Of a stretch of 64,000 nucleotides of DNA, positions 51,248-62,380 are shown in pieces (position 1 is the stretch's first letter; the number at the start of each line of letters is the position of its first letter). Below the pieces are notes generated by a model, which saw only the letters and a program-made list of their open reading frames with translations, ran no database searches and was not told where the DNA came from. Origin of the DNA: Paraspadella gotoi (Eukaryota; Animalia; Chaetognatha); the NCBI GenBank assembly GCA_051294375.1, contig CM119269.1, positions 6,035,531 through 6,099,530 of the forward strand, given 5' to 3'. Position numbers and translations under genes: made by a program.

Positions 51248-54200
51248 ATATTAGCGAAAAACTAACTTTCTAAATGTATCTTTGAGTCTTTCTCTCTTTT
51301 AACTCGAAATTCAGTCGCGATTCAGATTCTTCGACACGCATCGAAGAATCTAACGTTAAACGTCTCGATCGGTGCCGACGATTCCCCCGAGCGTGAAAGG
51401 CCAGTGTACAATCACTGGTCAATGGTGAAGAAAGCTTGATAAATGTGAGTCGTGATTGCAAAGCGAAGTGGAAGATTTGGCTGTGTTGTCGCTTCAATAA
51501 GCGGGCGAACGCACCGAAGCGAGACGCCCGTGGTACGTTGCCAAGGGGCGTCGGTTCCATGAAGCGACTTGCTAAGGGGCGACGTTGCCAAGGGCGGTCT
51601 AAGCCAAGAACCCCTCGTTGCCAAGGCGCGTTAACGGCCCGTCGCGAATTAACGGCGAGTCCGTTTCCGGTCAAAGTTTAACGTCACTTTCCGGAATTTA
51701 ACTGCGTTGGGAGACGCCGTATTACACTGCCCCGTAGGGGCACGGTCCCAACTCTTCAAATCCTTTCCTCTTTAAAAGGAAAAACTCGTGATCCCCGAAA
51801 ATAAACCCGGAATCATCCGCGAGAGAAGAGAGAAGAAAGAAGGGGAATAAATTCGGTCCTCGGTGCTTTGCTCTCTCTCTCTCTCTCTCTCTCTCCCTCT
51901 CTCTATCTCTCTGCTCTCTCTCTCTCCTCTCTCTCTCTTCTCTCTCTCTCTTCTCTCGCGCGCGTGACAAAATGGTATCATGCCTCCCGCTCGTGAACCT
52001 TTGTACCTCTCCTCTCGTCTCGTCTATCACCAATCATCTCCTCTCTCTCATCGGCCAACGCCTCTTCCGGGTTTCCGCGAAGGATAAAATGGCCAAGTGC
52101 TCTTTTCCGAGAGAAATGCGATAAAAAATGTGGAAGATAATGTTTTTTATGTGATTTGGTGGAAAAGAGTTTTGAGATACTGGACTGCGTTGTAAGATTT
52201 TCTTGTTGAGAGGGCTTGTTTGCACCGATAACTTCATTCATAACAATGATATACAGAAAATAAGCTAGACAAACACATAAACCATAACTGATAAACCAGC
52301 TCAAATAGATTTGGGTGTATATTTTTGTTAATATAATAAGTCGCACTCATACATAACTTACCTTATGCACATCTTTAAAGCGCCCCATTTGTTTCAAAAG
52401 GAAAGACGTCCTCGACTCTTCTGTCTCGAAAAGTCAATCATCGTTATCGCGCAATCGTCGTCCCCATGCGTCGTCGTCTGTCGTCATCGTCTCTATGGTA
52501 ACGAGGACGCATTCCGAAATAAGTATTACCGCTCAGAGACTCGAAGCGAAAGGGAACTCAATTCTGTTCTCTTTTGTTGTCTTTTTGCGAGAATCTCAAA
52601 GGCGGAGCGTCGTTGACTCCTGATTGCAGTTTCGCGACCGTGCGTCGCTGAGCGTTAGCGCGAAGTGTTATATCCTAAGTCGCGTATCAAGGCTTCCCGA
52701 AAAAGAAGCTGGGATCTTGCAGTCGAGGCCGACCGCCAGTTCGCATAATCTTCGCAAAACAATGGCCGTTCTCACACTGGTTCCATTGCCTCGAATTGCT
52801 TTTATTTGCGGAGAGGCGTAAACACATCTTCATGTGTGAAGTGCTGGACGCGTTGCCGAAGTCGTTTATTTGTCCGTCTTGCGTCATTTGCTGGAAAGTT
52901 TCGGTGTCGCAATAGCTTCCCACCCTTTTATACAACCAATTGATTTTTTGTTTTTTTTTCTGGATTAATTCCTTGTCGAAGCTATTTGATTTAAAAAATA
53001 ACATTTTAGAAGGCAAGTATTTAATTATCTAACCATTTTCTCTGCCATCATCCCTTTCGTTTGCAATGATTGCCGTCACCATGGGAGAGGCCCATGCGCC
53101 CCCCCCTTTTCGCTCCTCACGCATTAACATTAATGGGCGACAGAGAAATTCCTCCCCGTGGTACAAGGCGGTGGGACTGTTATATTCTAGCGTACGGTGA
53201 AAAACTGCGATTTGCCGAAGAATCGGTATTCTGATATAAGTTTTATAAGCAGATGAGCCAAGATAGTCCGTAGATGGTAAATAGATAATACGATACATAA
53301 TAGCTAATAGATAGATTAGTCATAGGTATTGATGTAGTCATATAATAGCATAAATGTAAATCGTTATTAATAATGATAATAATGAATAAGTAAAAAAAAA
53401 AATATTTAATCCCTGATAAAAACTGTGCCCCTTGGTACATATTTTCTCAAATAATTAATACTAATTACTAATAATACTAAAACCCTTACTTAACCCGCAC
53501 CAATTCTGGCAATCACAAGTAGAAGCAGCGTTTTTGAAATTCCCATCGAATCTCCTCCTTCCTGTCCGACTGAGGATTTTTGGGCAATAAAACAGACTCG
53601 AAAAGTCTCAACCGTCACGCCTAATCTAACAAATCCTGGCGAAGCGTGAGCGGGAGGACTGGGATATAGGTGTGGCGGGGGTGGGTAGGGTGATGTGGGT
53701 GGGTGGCCAACTGTGTTGAAAGGGATTGGGGGCATCGGAGGGACAGGCCGTTTCGGGCCGTCTTTGTCGCGGAAATTTTTGCTTCACGACAGAAAAAAAA
53801 AAGTGTTCTTGACAGACTCGAGTGAAAAAGTATCGAGAAAAGGTTACGAACCTGCCCGGTAATTCTTTTGAGTTGTCAAGGTTGAGTCGATGCATCAATA
53901 GGTAGAAGTGTAAATGGCAAACACAAAGAATACGCAATAGACCCGTTACGCGACGCCGTGGGGCTGATGTACATGTTTCGTGGCTTTATGAATCATGGGA
54001 GGCACGTTTTTACGTAAAATTTGAACTCGCCGGTTCCAAATTTTCAGTTAGATGAAGAATTTTTTTTCGCGTGGTTAAAATCGTTATTTCGAGTAAAAGG
54101 GAGTTTTATAGTGAGAGAATATATGTCAAACTAAGTTTTAAACTTCGGAGATTATTAAGCTAATTTAGCTATCAATCGGCAGTAGAGTGAGGGAAAAATA

Positions 54201-55960
54201 TTAAAATTTATAAAATAAAAAAAGTAAATTAAAAATAATAAAAATAAAAAAAAATACAAAATTTAAATACTATTAAAAGTTCCGTCAAACTGATATTGGC
54301 GCATTGTTCATTCTTCAAAAGAAATAAAAATTCCTTTTCTCTCTAAATATCGGCTTCTGCCAAAACAAAGACCGGTGAAAATAGTCGGCCGGCCAGATAA
54401 AAGACCGGTCAAACTTGATACTAATCAGTTTAAAAACGTGAGAGAGAGAAAGAGTGAGAGAGAGAGAGAAAGACAGACATACAGGCCAAGAGACTGCTAG
54501 AGCATTCTTTCTCTCGCGGTTCTTTCTTTCTCAGATTTACTTCATCTCACCAATCACGAATCACCGATGTTTTTCACCTTTGAGCGGGCAGCACTCGCGG
54601 CTGCGAAATCCTCGTCATAAAGTGATGTTTCACTTATTTCAACGTGAACGTCTTTTGAATCGCTTGTTCGGCGCCAAGGAGTAATTCTTTCCTTTTTTTT
54701 CCAACGAAGCGAAACTTTTATTCCATCTTCGTCTTTTTATGTCTCGACTCATGAAATCGAATTCCTTACGACTCAATCCTCTTTTCTACGGATATTCTTC
54801 ATTCCTCTTCTCTTTTCATTCGCTTTTCTTTTCTTTTCTTTTTCGCCATTTACTTTTCTTCTCCTCTAATATTTTTGTCTCCTCTCCTCTCCTCTCCTCT
54901 TTTGTCCCCTTTTTTTTCCAAACTCCTTTCTGCTTCTTTTCTTCTCTTCTCTTTTCTTCTCTTTCTATTCATCTTTTCTCTCCACTTCCCTCTAACGCAT
55001 CAGAACTGTAATCGCTGCGTCTCGTGAAGCGAAGCAATCTCGACCAGCATCACCACCGACCCGGACAACGATTTAAATCGCATCTTTTTATTTATTTATT
55101 TATTTAATTACACGACCACATCTTCATCCACAGGCATGCCACAGATTGCACACGCATGACAATTGACCACACGCGAATCCACCAGCATGATTATTGATTA
55201 AATCTATCATCAACAGTCATGACTTCTTTTTTTTATCATAGCCATTAGCCACATCCTCTTCCTGTAATAAACTGACGCGACCACATTCTAATTTTCGTCA
55301 CAACACAACAGTCATTTCCACGGATGGCGTGACCACTGACCAGTGACCACTGACCACTTACCACAACTAGCCAATCAATCATATCAATTGTTTCCCGGTC
55401 AATTTCCATCCCTTATCCTCCTCCTCCCTCTTTTCTCCTCATCCTTGCTAAACTTTCCTTCTGACTCTCGATGCTTGAATAACGAAAAACCCGCGACTGA
55501 CTCCCCCCCTCTTCGCCCCCCTCCCCCACGACTCTCCTTTATTCCTTTTCGTTGTTGTCTTGCGATCCTATTTACTACTACCTGAGACCGAGGTTCTTTT
55601 TTTTCTTCTCTCGCTCCCTTTACACCTTTACGCTTACATTTGCCGTCTCTCTCTGATTGTTTTGCATTTTGGGGTGAATTTATGTTATTTATTTAAATTC
55701 GTTAGTGAATTTTATTTGAATTTATGATTGATCATTCTTTTAACTATAGATAAGTAAGTTGTCTTAGTAAACTATGAATAAATTTTCCTCAGTTCCATTT
55801 TTTTTTTCATAGAAGCATTTTTTTTTAAAAACTTTTTGGTTTCTATGTAAAATTTTTACTGCGCAATATAAAAAAAACCCCATAATGTCCCGATGATACT
55901 CCCGATCGATTATCCCTTATATTCCCTCTCCCCCCCCCCCGCGCCTCCTCCCTCCTACCC

Positions 55961-56914
55961 CCACTATGAGCCATAGTAAGGTGGACAGCAGAAATTTCAT
56001 ACAGCCTCGCTACCCACCTGTAACCATACACTATGAAGCCATAGTTTAGGTGACAGCAGAAAATTTCATACAGCCTCGCTACCCCACCTGTAACCACTAC
56101 CCACTATGAAGCATAGTAAGGTGGACAGCAGAAAATTTTACATAACATGCCTCGCTACCCACCTGTTAACCACTACACTATGAAGCCATAGTAAGGTGGA
56201 CAGCAGAAAATTTATACAGCCTCGCTACCACCTGTAACACTACACTATGAAGCCATAGTAAGGTGGACAGCAGAAAATTATCATACAGCCTCGCTACCCA
56301 CCTGTAACCACTACACTATGAAGCCATAGTAAGGTGTGACAGCAGAAAATTTCATACAGCCTCGCTATCCCACCTGTAACCACTACACTATGAAGCCATA
56401 GTAAGGTGGACAGCAGAAAATTTCATACAGCCTCCGCTACCACCTGTACCACTACACTATGAAAGCCATAGTAAGGTGGACAGCGAGAAAATTTTCATAC
56501 AGCCTGCCTACCCACCTGTAACCACTACACTATGAAGCCATTAGTAGTGGACAGCAGAAAATTTCATACAGCCTCGCTACCCACACTGTAACCACACACT
56601 ATGAAGCCATAAGTAAGGTGACAGCAGAAAATTTCATACAGCCTCGCTACCACCCACTGTAACCACTACACTATGAGCCATAGTAAGGTGGACAGCAGAA
56701 AATTTCATACAGCCTCGCTACCCACCTGTAACCAATCACTACATGAAGCATAGTAAGGTGGACAGCAGAAAAATTTCATACAGGCCTCGCTACCCACACT
56801 GTACACTTACACTATGAAGCCCATAGTAAGGTGGACAGCAGAAAATTTCATACAGCCTCGCTACCCACCTGTAACCACTTACACTATGAAGCCAAGTAAA
56901 GGTGGACAGCAGAA
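55961..56914. repeat. 70-bp tandem array, ~13.5 units
   Basis: Consensus CCACTACACTATGAAGCCATAGTAAGGTGGACAGCAGAAAATTTCATACAGCCTCGCTACCCACCTGTAA. Differences between units are mostly single-base indels. Confidence 0.97.
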
Positions 56915-57394
56915 TTCCGCGCTATTTCTAATGCATTAAGCCACCAGCCCACCCACCTCCAATAATTTGTTTTTGATTTTATCTATTAGCAAAAAGCTTT
57001 ATCCTTGGAACTTGTTTGATTGAAAAGTAATTGCAGTATACCACTTATTTGCTTTGAAGTATCTTCAATTCTATTATGGTTTTAATGTTAGAATGCATAT
57101 CTAATTAATACTTTCACCTCCTATAATATGTAAGTTTCCTAAATATTTTTTTTATTTTTCATTCTTAAAAATAGAATACTACAATATGCAAATTGAGTTA
57201 TAAATACTCAAAGGTTTTTAAATAATGCAAAATACAGTCAGAGAAAAATTTTTATTACAAACGTTAAAAACTTATTAAGAAAGGATAATTACAAAAAAAT
57301 TGACATGGGACTGAGATAGCCAGGGATTTTTATATTAACGGTTTAACTAAAAAAGTATAATGTAATTTCTCTCGATTCGTTTTTGTTTGGTAAG

Positions 57395-57600
57395 TTTAGT
57401 TACAACGTTTTTATTATTTAAAAACAACGGTTAAATTTAAACAAAAATAACGGATATGTTTCGTCTCTGATGAGAGCCTTCTTCAGCGCGAAAAATATTG
57501 TTTTGTAAAAATAGTTTTTCACAGATTTGAAGAAGAGAGAGAGAGAGAGAGAAGAGGAGAGAGGGACAGAGATAAAAGTTTTCAACAAAGAATTTATTTC
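57395..57600 (-). mobile_element. Penelope-like element pLTR fragment
   Basis: On the minus strand: attctttgttgaaaacttt, a (CT)n tract, a minimal hammerhead, then AATAAA. Same order as 58020-58200 (+). Confidence 0.55.
57450..57489 (-). ncRNA. Minimal type I hammerhead ribozyme (Penelope-type)
   Basis: Minus strand reads GCG-CTGAAGA-A-GGCTCT-CATC-AGAGAC-GAAAC-AT-ATC-CGT. It has a 3-bp stem I (GCG/CGT), CUGANGA and GAAA cores, a stem II with one mismatch, a vestigial stem III and an AUC cleavage triplet. Confidence 0.7.
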
Positions 57601-57660
57601 ACTAAAATCTTTACTTATCTATCCCTCTGAATTAAACTCTTATATTTCAATTTCATTCAT

Positions 57661-57723
57661 TTCGGGATCAGGCTGTAACACCATGTACAGGCGATTTAAG
57701 CGCCCCGTCCTCTTAACTGCCAG
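57661..57723 (-). ncRNA. Degenerate, 3'-truncated twister-like motif directly downstream of a tRNA-like head
   Basis: Minus strand reads CTGGC..AAGAG-GA-CGG-GGCGCT-TAA-ATC-GC-CTGTA..TACAG..T-CCCG-AA. The order matches copy 3 and P1 is self-complementary, but P2 and P4 are imperfect. Confidence 0.4.
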
Positions 57724-57792
57724 ACGACCAACGGGCTAGAACCCGGACCTTTGGGTTGGGAGGCGAATGACTGCCTACGGCATCATGGCCGC
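57724..57792 (-). pseudogene. tRNA-derived sequence (Gly-like, CCC at the anticodon position); SINE-type head or tRNA pseudogene
   Basis: 7-bp acceptor stem GCGGCCA/TGGTCGT, T arm CGGG-TTCTAG-CCCG (degenerate B box) and variable loop AGGTC. The anticodon stem is broken. Confidence 0.6.
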
Positions 57793-58019
57793 TGATGAAC
57801 GTTTGGTGGTTTTTAGTCCACTATACAATTTTGGTATTAGACATACAATCAAGTTTGTTTAATCTTTGTTGTACATTGCTCAAATGTAATTGTTTATTTC
57901 TCTCATCTCTCTCTCTCTCTCTCTCTACTCTCTCACCTTCACCAAATTTCATTTCTTTTCACCACTTATTCTATCTAGCCTCAACTAAATCTGTCCTCTA
58001 AACTGACCACTAATCTCTC

Positions 58020-58052
58020 TCAATTCTTTGTTGGAAACTTTAACCTTTTCTA

Positions 58053-58083
<31 letters not shown>

Positions 58084-58200
58084 AACTCACAAATTGTCCC
58101 ATTATCACAACAGTCAAAAGCGCTGATGAAGGACTCGAAAATCTTTGAGGTCGAAAAACATGTCTGCAACTGTATTATAATAAAATTGTGTAACATCTCT
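58020..58200 (+). mobile_element. Penelope-like element pLTR fragment
   Basis: attctttgttggaaacttt, a (CT)n tract, a hammerhead, AATAAA at ~58179, then gtaac. It is a diverged inverted counterpart of 57395-57600. Confidence 0.55.
58120..58167 (+). ncRNA. Minimal type I hammerhead ribozyme (Penelope-type)
   Basis: GCG-CTGATGA-A-GGACTC-gaaaatcttt-GAGGTC-GAAA-(AA)CATGTC-TGC. Stem I is GCG/TGC, stem III is the palindrome ACATGT, and the cleavage triplet is GUC. There are two extra As after GAAA. Confidence 0.7.
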
Positions 58201-58455
58201 CTATCGATATTGATATCGATATTGATTGGGTGAGCTTCTTTGTGACGTAGTCGTCGTCGTCGTCGTCGGCGGCGTCACGCATTTTTATATAAAAACTACT
58301 ACGCTTTTATAGTTTTTGGCTGGGACTTACCGTTTTTTTTTAAATAAAAATTTTTATAAATTACAATGAAGTTTTATAAAACTGTGCTAGTAAGACAAAC
58401 CGTATTGTAGACCGAGACAGTACCCATAGCAATCAATCAAAACTCTTCTCTTTCT

Positions 58456-58502
<47 letters not shown>

Positions 58503-58596
58503 CTCTTTACTCTCTTTATATCTCTCTTTCTTTCTCTCTTTCTTTCTATTCTTTTCTTTCTTCTGGTTTTGTCGTGCTTTTTTAACTTATCTTCTT

Positions 58597-60035
58597 TCAC
58601 CTTGTTGTATGAAAGAAGCCGCCTCGACGGACACCGACGAAACTCCACTCTCCTCCAAAGTCCTGAAAACATATTTAAGATTAATAAATTTTAAACGAAT
58701 ATCACTTTCGATCGTTAAAATAAAGTTAATATATTAGAATTTGTAATATATAATTTTAATGAATAATTATAATAATAATAATATATCTAAGCACTAATAT
58801 AGTTGAAACAATTAATTTGGCTTATTCTTTCATTATTAATTTAAAAACAAACAAACATCTTCGCCCACAAACGTTTTCCCTTTTGTTCAAAACTCACTTC
58901 AGCAAAATTCCGACGTTGGATTTGCTGGTCGAACGCGAACCTGAGGGCCGCTGAAGGGGCCGGCCTGGGCCGGCCAGGGGGCTCAGAGCGGCTCGGGCTT
59001 AGGAGGCCGGTGGGGCGGTGTCCGGAAAAGGTCGCGTGGCGCTTTGTCGACGGCCAATTTGCTCGTTCGAGAAGCTCGTCCTCGTCTGGAAAATCATCGA
59101 CGGGGACCTGAGAAATATTTTTCAAATTTAGGCAATTATTAAAAAACTAATGTTTTATAAATTTTATCAAAACCTTTTTAAAAGTTTATAAAAGAACGAG
59201 GTCAGTTTTCTCCTGTCCAGCGCCGTTCAATAAAAAATAAGAATTAATAGCGCGCCGGTGAAACGCCTGACCTCATTGGACAACCAAACACGCAACCTGC
59301 AAAGACCTGAGTTGTTGGAAGTTGATGGCTGATGATGCTGCGTGGGTTATGCGACGCTTCCTCTCAACCACCGCGGAGCAGAAGAAGAAACCTCCGAATC
59401 TCGACTTGACACGCCTCCTCGCCCCTTGGAGCTGCGCGGTAGGCTGATGCTGCGCACTGTTGCTTGCAGCTGCCCCGGCGGCTAGGACTTGCAGCTGCAA
59501 GAAGAAATTACTCTTCTGCGCTGAAGCGGAAATCCGTGAGGGCTCGTTGCATGAATGATCGGCAGAGTCGTTCCGCTGAATCTGTGTCGAAGCAAATGAT
59601 TTAATTTAATTAATATTTTAATAAGCATGATTATGATATTTAACGGTGTGCTAAGAAACAAAAACATTCAGTTTTTCTCTGTGCTGCTTTATACTGATGA
59701 TAAGCATTAAGCAATTTAATGGCGAAATATTTGAGAAAACTTGTTCTGTTACTCGTTCACAGTTAAATCTTCATAAGGATGAGTTTTTTATTTTGCTGCA
59801 ATCATCACATCATACTACTTAATAAACACTGAAAATCGATTTATACCTTCAAACTATCTGAGATGTAACCCTGATTCACACACAATCACTCAATCGTCTA
59901 CTCACGTCCGTCGAGCTGAATGTTCCTGTCGGGCATGGAATCGTGGAAAAGCTTTCGCATCCGACGTAGCACCAATTCCCGTATTGTCGGTCGTCGTCGT
60001 CGTGGGTCGGTTACTGCCGCCGAAGAGCTCAAAAG
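58597..60035 (-). pseudogene. Multi-exon gene or pseudogene fragment, possibly BEN/DUF4806-like
   Basis: GC-rich islands are bounded by canonical splice sites: 60035-59906 (cag|...|gtgagt), ~59581-59290, 59107-58898 (70 codons, phase 0-0) and 58662-58597 (ends TGA). Peptides include LFGGS, IRELVLRRMRKLFHDS and EEACQVEIRRFL. Frame breaks are present in the upstream islands. Confidence 0.35.
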
Positions 60036-60387
60036 CTGTTTAATTAAAACAGTGATTGTTTTATATTTAAAAAAAAAAGTTTAAATCTAGAGAAAGAACT
60101 ATAATCAAAAAATTACCCACATTTACGTCAACTATGAGTACAAAAATGAGTACGAATTCAAAAACATTTAGAATTGAACGAAAGGAAAAAACAGATAAAT
60201 GAGAGCCAAAACAGAAAGATGAGAAACTCATAAAAATATTTTTGAGGAATGAAAATGAAAATGAGCGGACAAAAACTTTGAAAAATTTCTTATCTATGTT
60301 TTCTTAAATAAGTTTTCAATCAGACTTTTCTATTGCTACTTTTGTTTGATCATAGCGAAACTGCTACAATTAGTGTACACAGTTGTA

Positions 60388-61408
60388 CAACGGCTGCACA
60401 ATTTTACCAGAGCCGCCGGCTAATAATAATGCTGCTCATTTCAAAGCAGATGGTTATTCATTGCATTTTAAAAATTTAGTTGAGTAGCAAAACATTAAGT
60501 AATTTATATGCTTCAAATTTTATATTGATCAGTTAAGCATATGCCCTGACAAGTTGATGGAGAAAGTGGCTTTGTAAAATACGGCGTTCATTTCCAACTC
60601 ACTTTTTTTTAGATTTCAATTTTTTTCTTTCTTACTTTCAGTAAGTTTTCTGAATAAATTTGAAAAGATAAAAATAATTATTATAATATTATCTTCTGAA
60701 AGCCCTTTCAAACTTAAATAGAATGACTGTACATTACAAATGCTGTAAGATAAAAGGTATAACCGGTCCAGCCCTTTAATTTAATTAGTGCATTACTCAA
60801 TAAATGGCACATCTTTTCAAAATATCAATAACTGGAGGGTAAATTTAAGCATTTTTTATCAAATTGTGATTGGCTATCTTTAAATCTTCTTTTTTTCAGG
60901 TTTTACGATACTTATATAAACAATAATATTTATGTATATAATCAATTATAAACAGGTTCATATATTTTAAAAAAAGATTTAAAATTTTACCATAATTCCC
61001 TTTTAGGGATCTCTTAATTAAACCAAGGCTGCAGCATTTAATTTTTATGTTAGAGCTTTCGTAAGCTATATCATTCTCTTCATTTTTTCTAAGCCGCGCT
61101 TTCTGAGGAAGTAATATTTGTTTAATATTTTAATAAATACTTTGTTTAAAAAAGTGCTAAAAGTTGAAAAAAAAAAAGAATAAAAAACAGTTGAGTTGCG
61201 AAAATGAAACCGCGGATTTTGCAAGTCAACTTTCTAACCCCCCATTGTCAATGGCATATCTTAACTGATTAATATAAAATTTTAACACAAAAATTACTTT
61301 AATATTTTTTACTCAACTAATTTTTTAAAATCAATGAAAAATCAACCACTGGGTTGCCAAATGACAGCGTTTTTTTTACGGGCGCTCGCTTGTAAAATTG
61401 TCACCATG
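60388..61408. mobile_element. Tc1/mariner-type MITE (~1.0 kb) related to 5924-6748
   Basis: Ends read TA|CAACGGCTGCACAATTTTAC ... GTAAAATTGTCACCATG|TA. Imperfect inverted repeats span ~250 bp (ttagttgagta / tactcaactaa; atcagttaag / cttaactgat). The internal motif atcttctgaaagc is shared with the 5.9-kb MITE. Confidence 0.75.
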
Positions 61409-61801
61409 TACAATGTTAATTGTACAGTCTTTTCTAAACCTCATCTACGTAGATGCAAAGTTATTTTTTTATATTAATATTATGCAGAGTATGCCTTCCC
61501 ATTACAAAATACTCACAAAAAATTAACCACGATAATGCATACGCCATGTTATCGGCCTATGTTTTCGCCAATCCTGCGTATTTTTCCAACGTTAGCAAAA
61601 AGAATAGTGAGAGAATTGAGCAGAAATGAGAAATTCGAGAGCAATGAAATGAGGAGGAAAGAGAGAAAAAGAAAGGAAAGAAAGAAGAGAAAGAAAGAAA
61701 TAAAGAAATAAAGAAAAGAAAGAAAAAAAAGAAAGACAGTGAGAAAGCGAATTAAGAAATAAAAAAAAAGAAAATAAATAAGTAAGTTTTCCTTAAATAA
61801 C

Positions 61802-62380
61802 CTATTTCTTTAGAGACTTCACCCGCCCGAGACTGACTTTTCGTCTCCGACGGCGCCGTCCCCCCATGTTTCCAAAATCGCGCGCCCTCACATTGCTCCG
61901 CCGCTGGAGGGCGACGCTAAAGGACGACGCCAGCAGCTGAGACAAAAGGGATCCTGTTGTTGGCCAAGCAGTGAAGCTGCTCGCGTCGTCTTCGTCGTCT
62001 GTTCGTCGTCGTCGTTTGCTCATGGAGGGCGACGGTCGTCCGGCGACGTGACCTCGCGTCGGATCGATGTTGGCTCTAAGTTGATGGTGAGAGCGTGGAA
62101 GTGGCGCCGGGTGGGTAAGTGGGCAGGTGGATGTTGGCGCCGCCGGCAGGGGAATTATGAAGTGGGAGGTGATGTCGCCCGGCTCGGAGTGGGAGCCGTG
62201 GATAGTGGCGCCGGTTGGAGCCGTGGGAGACGGCGCCGCGATGAAGACGGGATGTGGTTGAGAGCTTTTCAGAAGACTGAAGAGGTTGTTTGCGGAAGTC
62301 GTCGTCGTCGGCCTCGCGAGATCAGAGGTGGCTGACTTTTCCAAGCTTGCCTCATTGCTCAGGCTTTGTACGGAGGCATC
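61802..62380 (-). CDS. Probable coding exon of an unidentified Pro/Ser/Thr-rich protein
   Basis: Longest non-repeat open frame in the window (>180 codons) and GC-rich. It contains basic clusters (SKRRRR, RRRRRRK) and an LLSQLL motif. No domain recognised. Confidence 0.4.
   Translation of the reverse strand, partial: DASVQSLSNEASLEKSATSDLARPTTTTSANNLFSLLKSSQPHPVFIAAPSPTAPTGATIHGSHSEPGDITSHFIIPLPAAPTSTCPLTHPAPLPRSHHQLRANIDPTRGHVAGRPSPSMSKRRRRTDDEDDASSFTAWPTTGSLLSQLLASSFSVALQRRSNVRARDFGNMGGRRRRRRKVSLGRVKSLKK

Larger units (their letters stand above)
48500..54210. repeat. Large imperfect palindrome (arms ~48500-50988 and ~51340-54210); probable fold-back or chimeric read
   Basis: The arms are reverse complements throughout (e.g. 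48540-48640 vs 54085-54190). Both arms are indel-rich, and N runs lie near the centre. Confidence 0.9.

Noticed and set aside
55961-56914. CRISPR array, or an HDV/CPEB3-like ribozyme (CAGCAGAA and CCCACCT-GT resemble CPEB3 pieces)
   Set aside because: There are no unique spacers, no cas genes and the context is eukaryotic. The HDV fold lacks a P3 and a P2' strand on the same strand.
57467-57497. Plus-strand CTGATGAG...CGAAA hammerhead-like motif overlapping the minus-strand hammerhead
   Set aside because: Stem II is poor and there is no stem III, NUH triplet or stem I. The minus-strand reading satisfies all elements.
60758-60842. CCGGTCCAGCCC...CTGGAGGG resembling twister L4 and L1
   Set aside because: It lacks the NNN-AAGC spacing and the P2/P4 pairing, and it lies inside a MITE.
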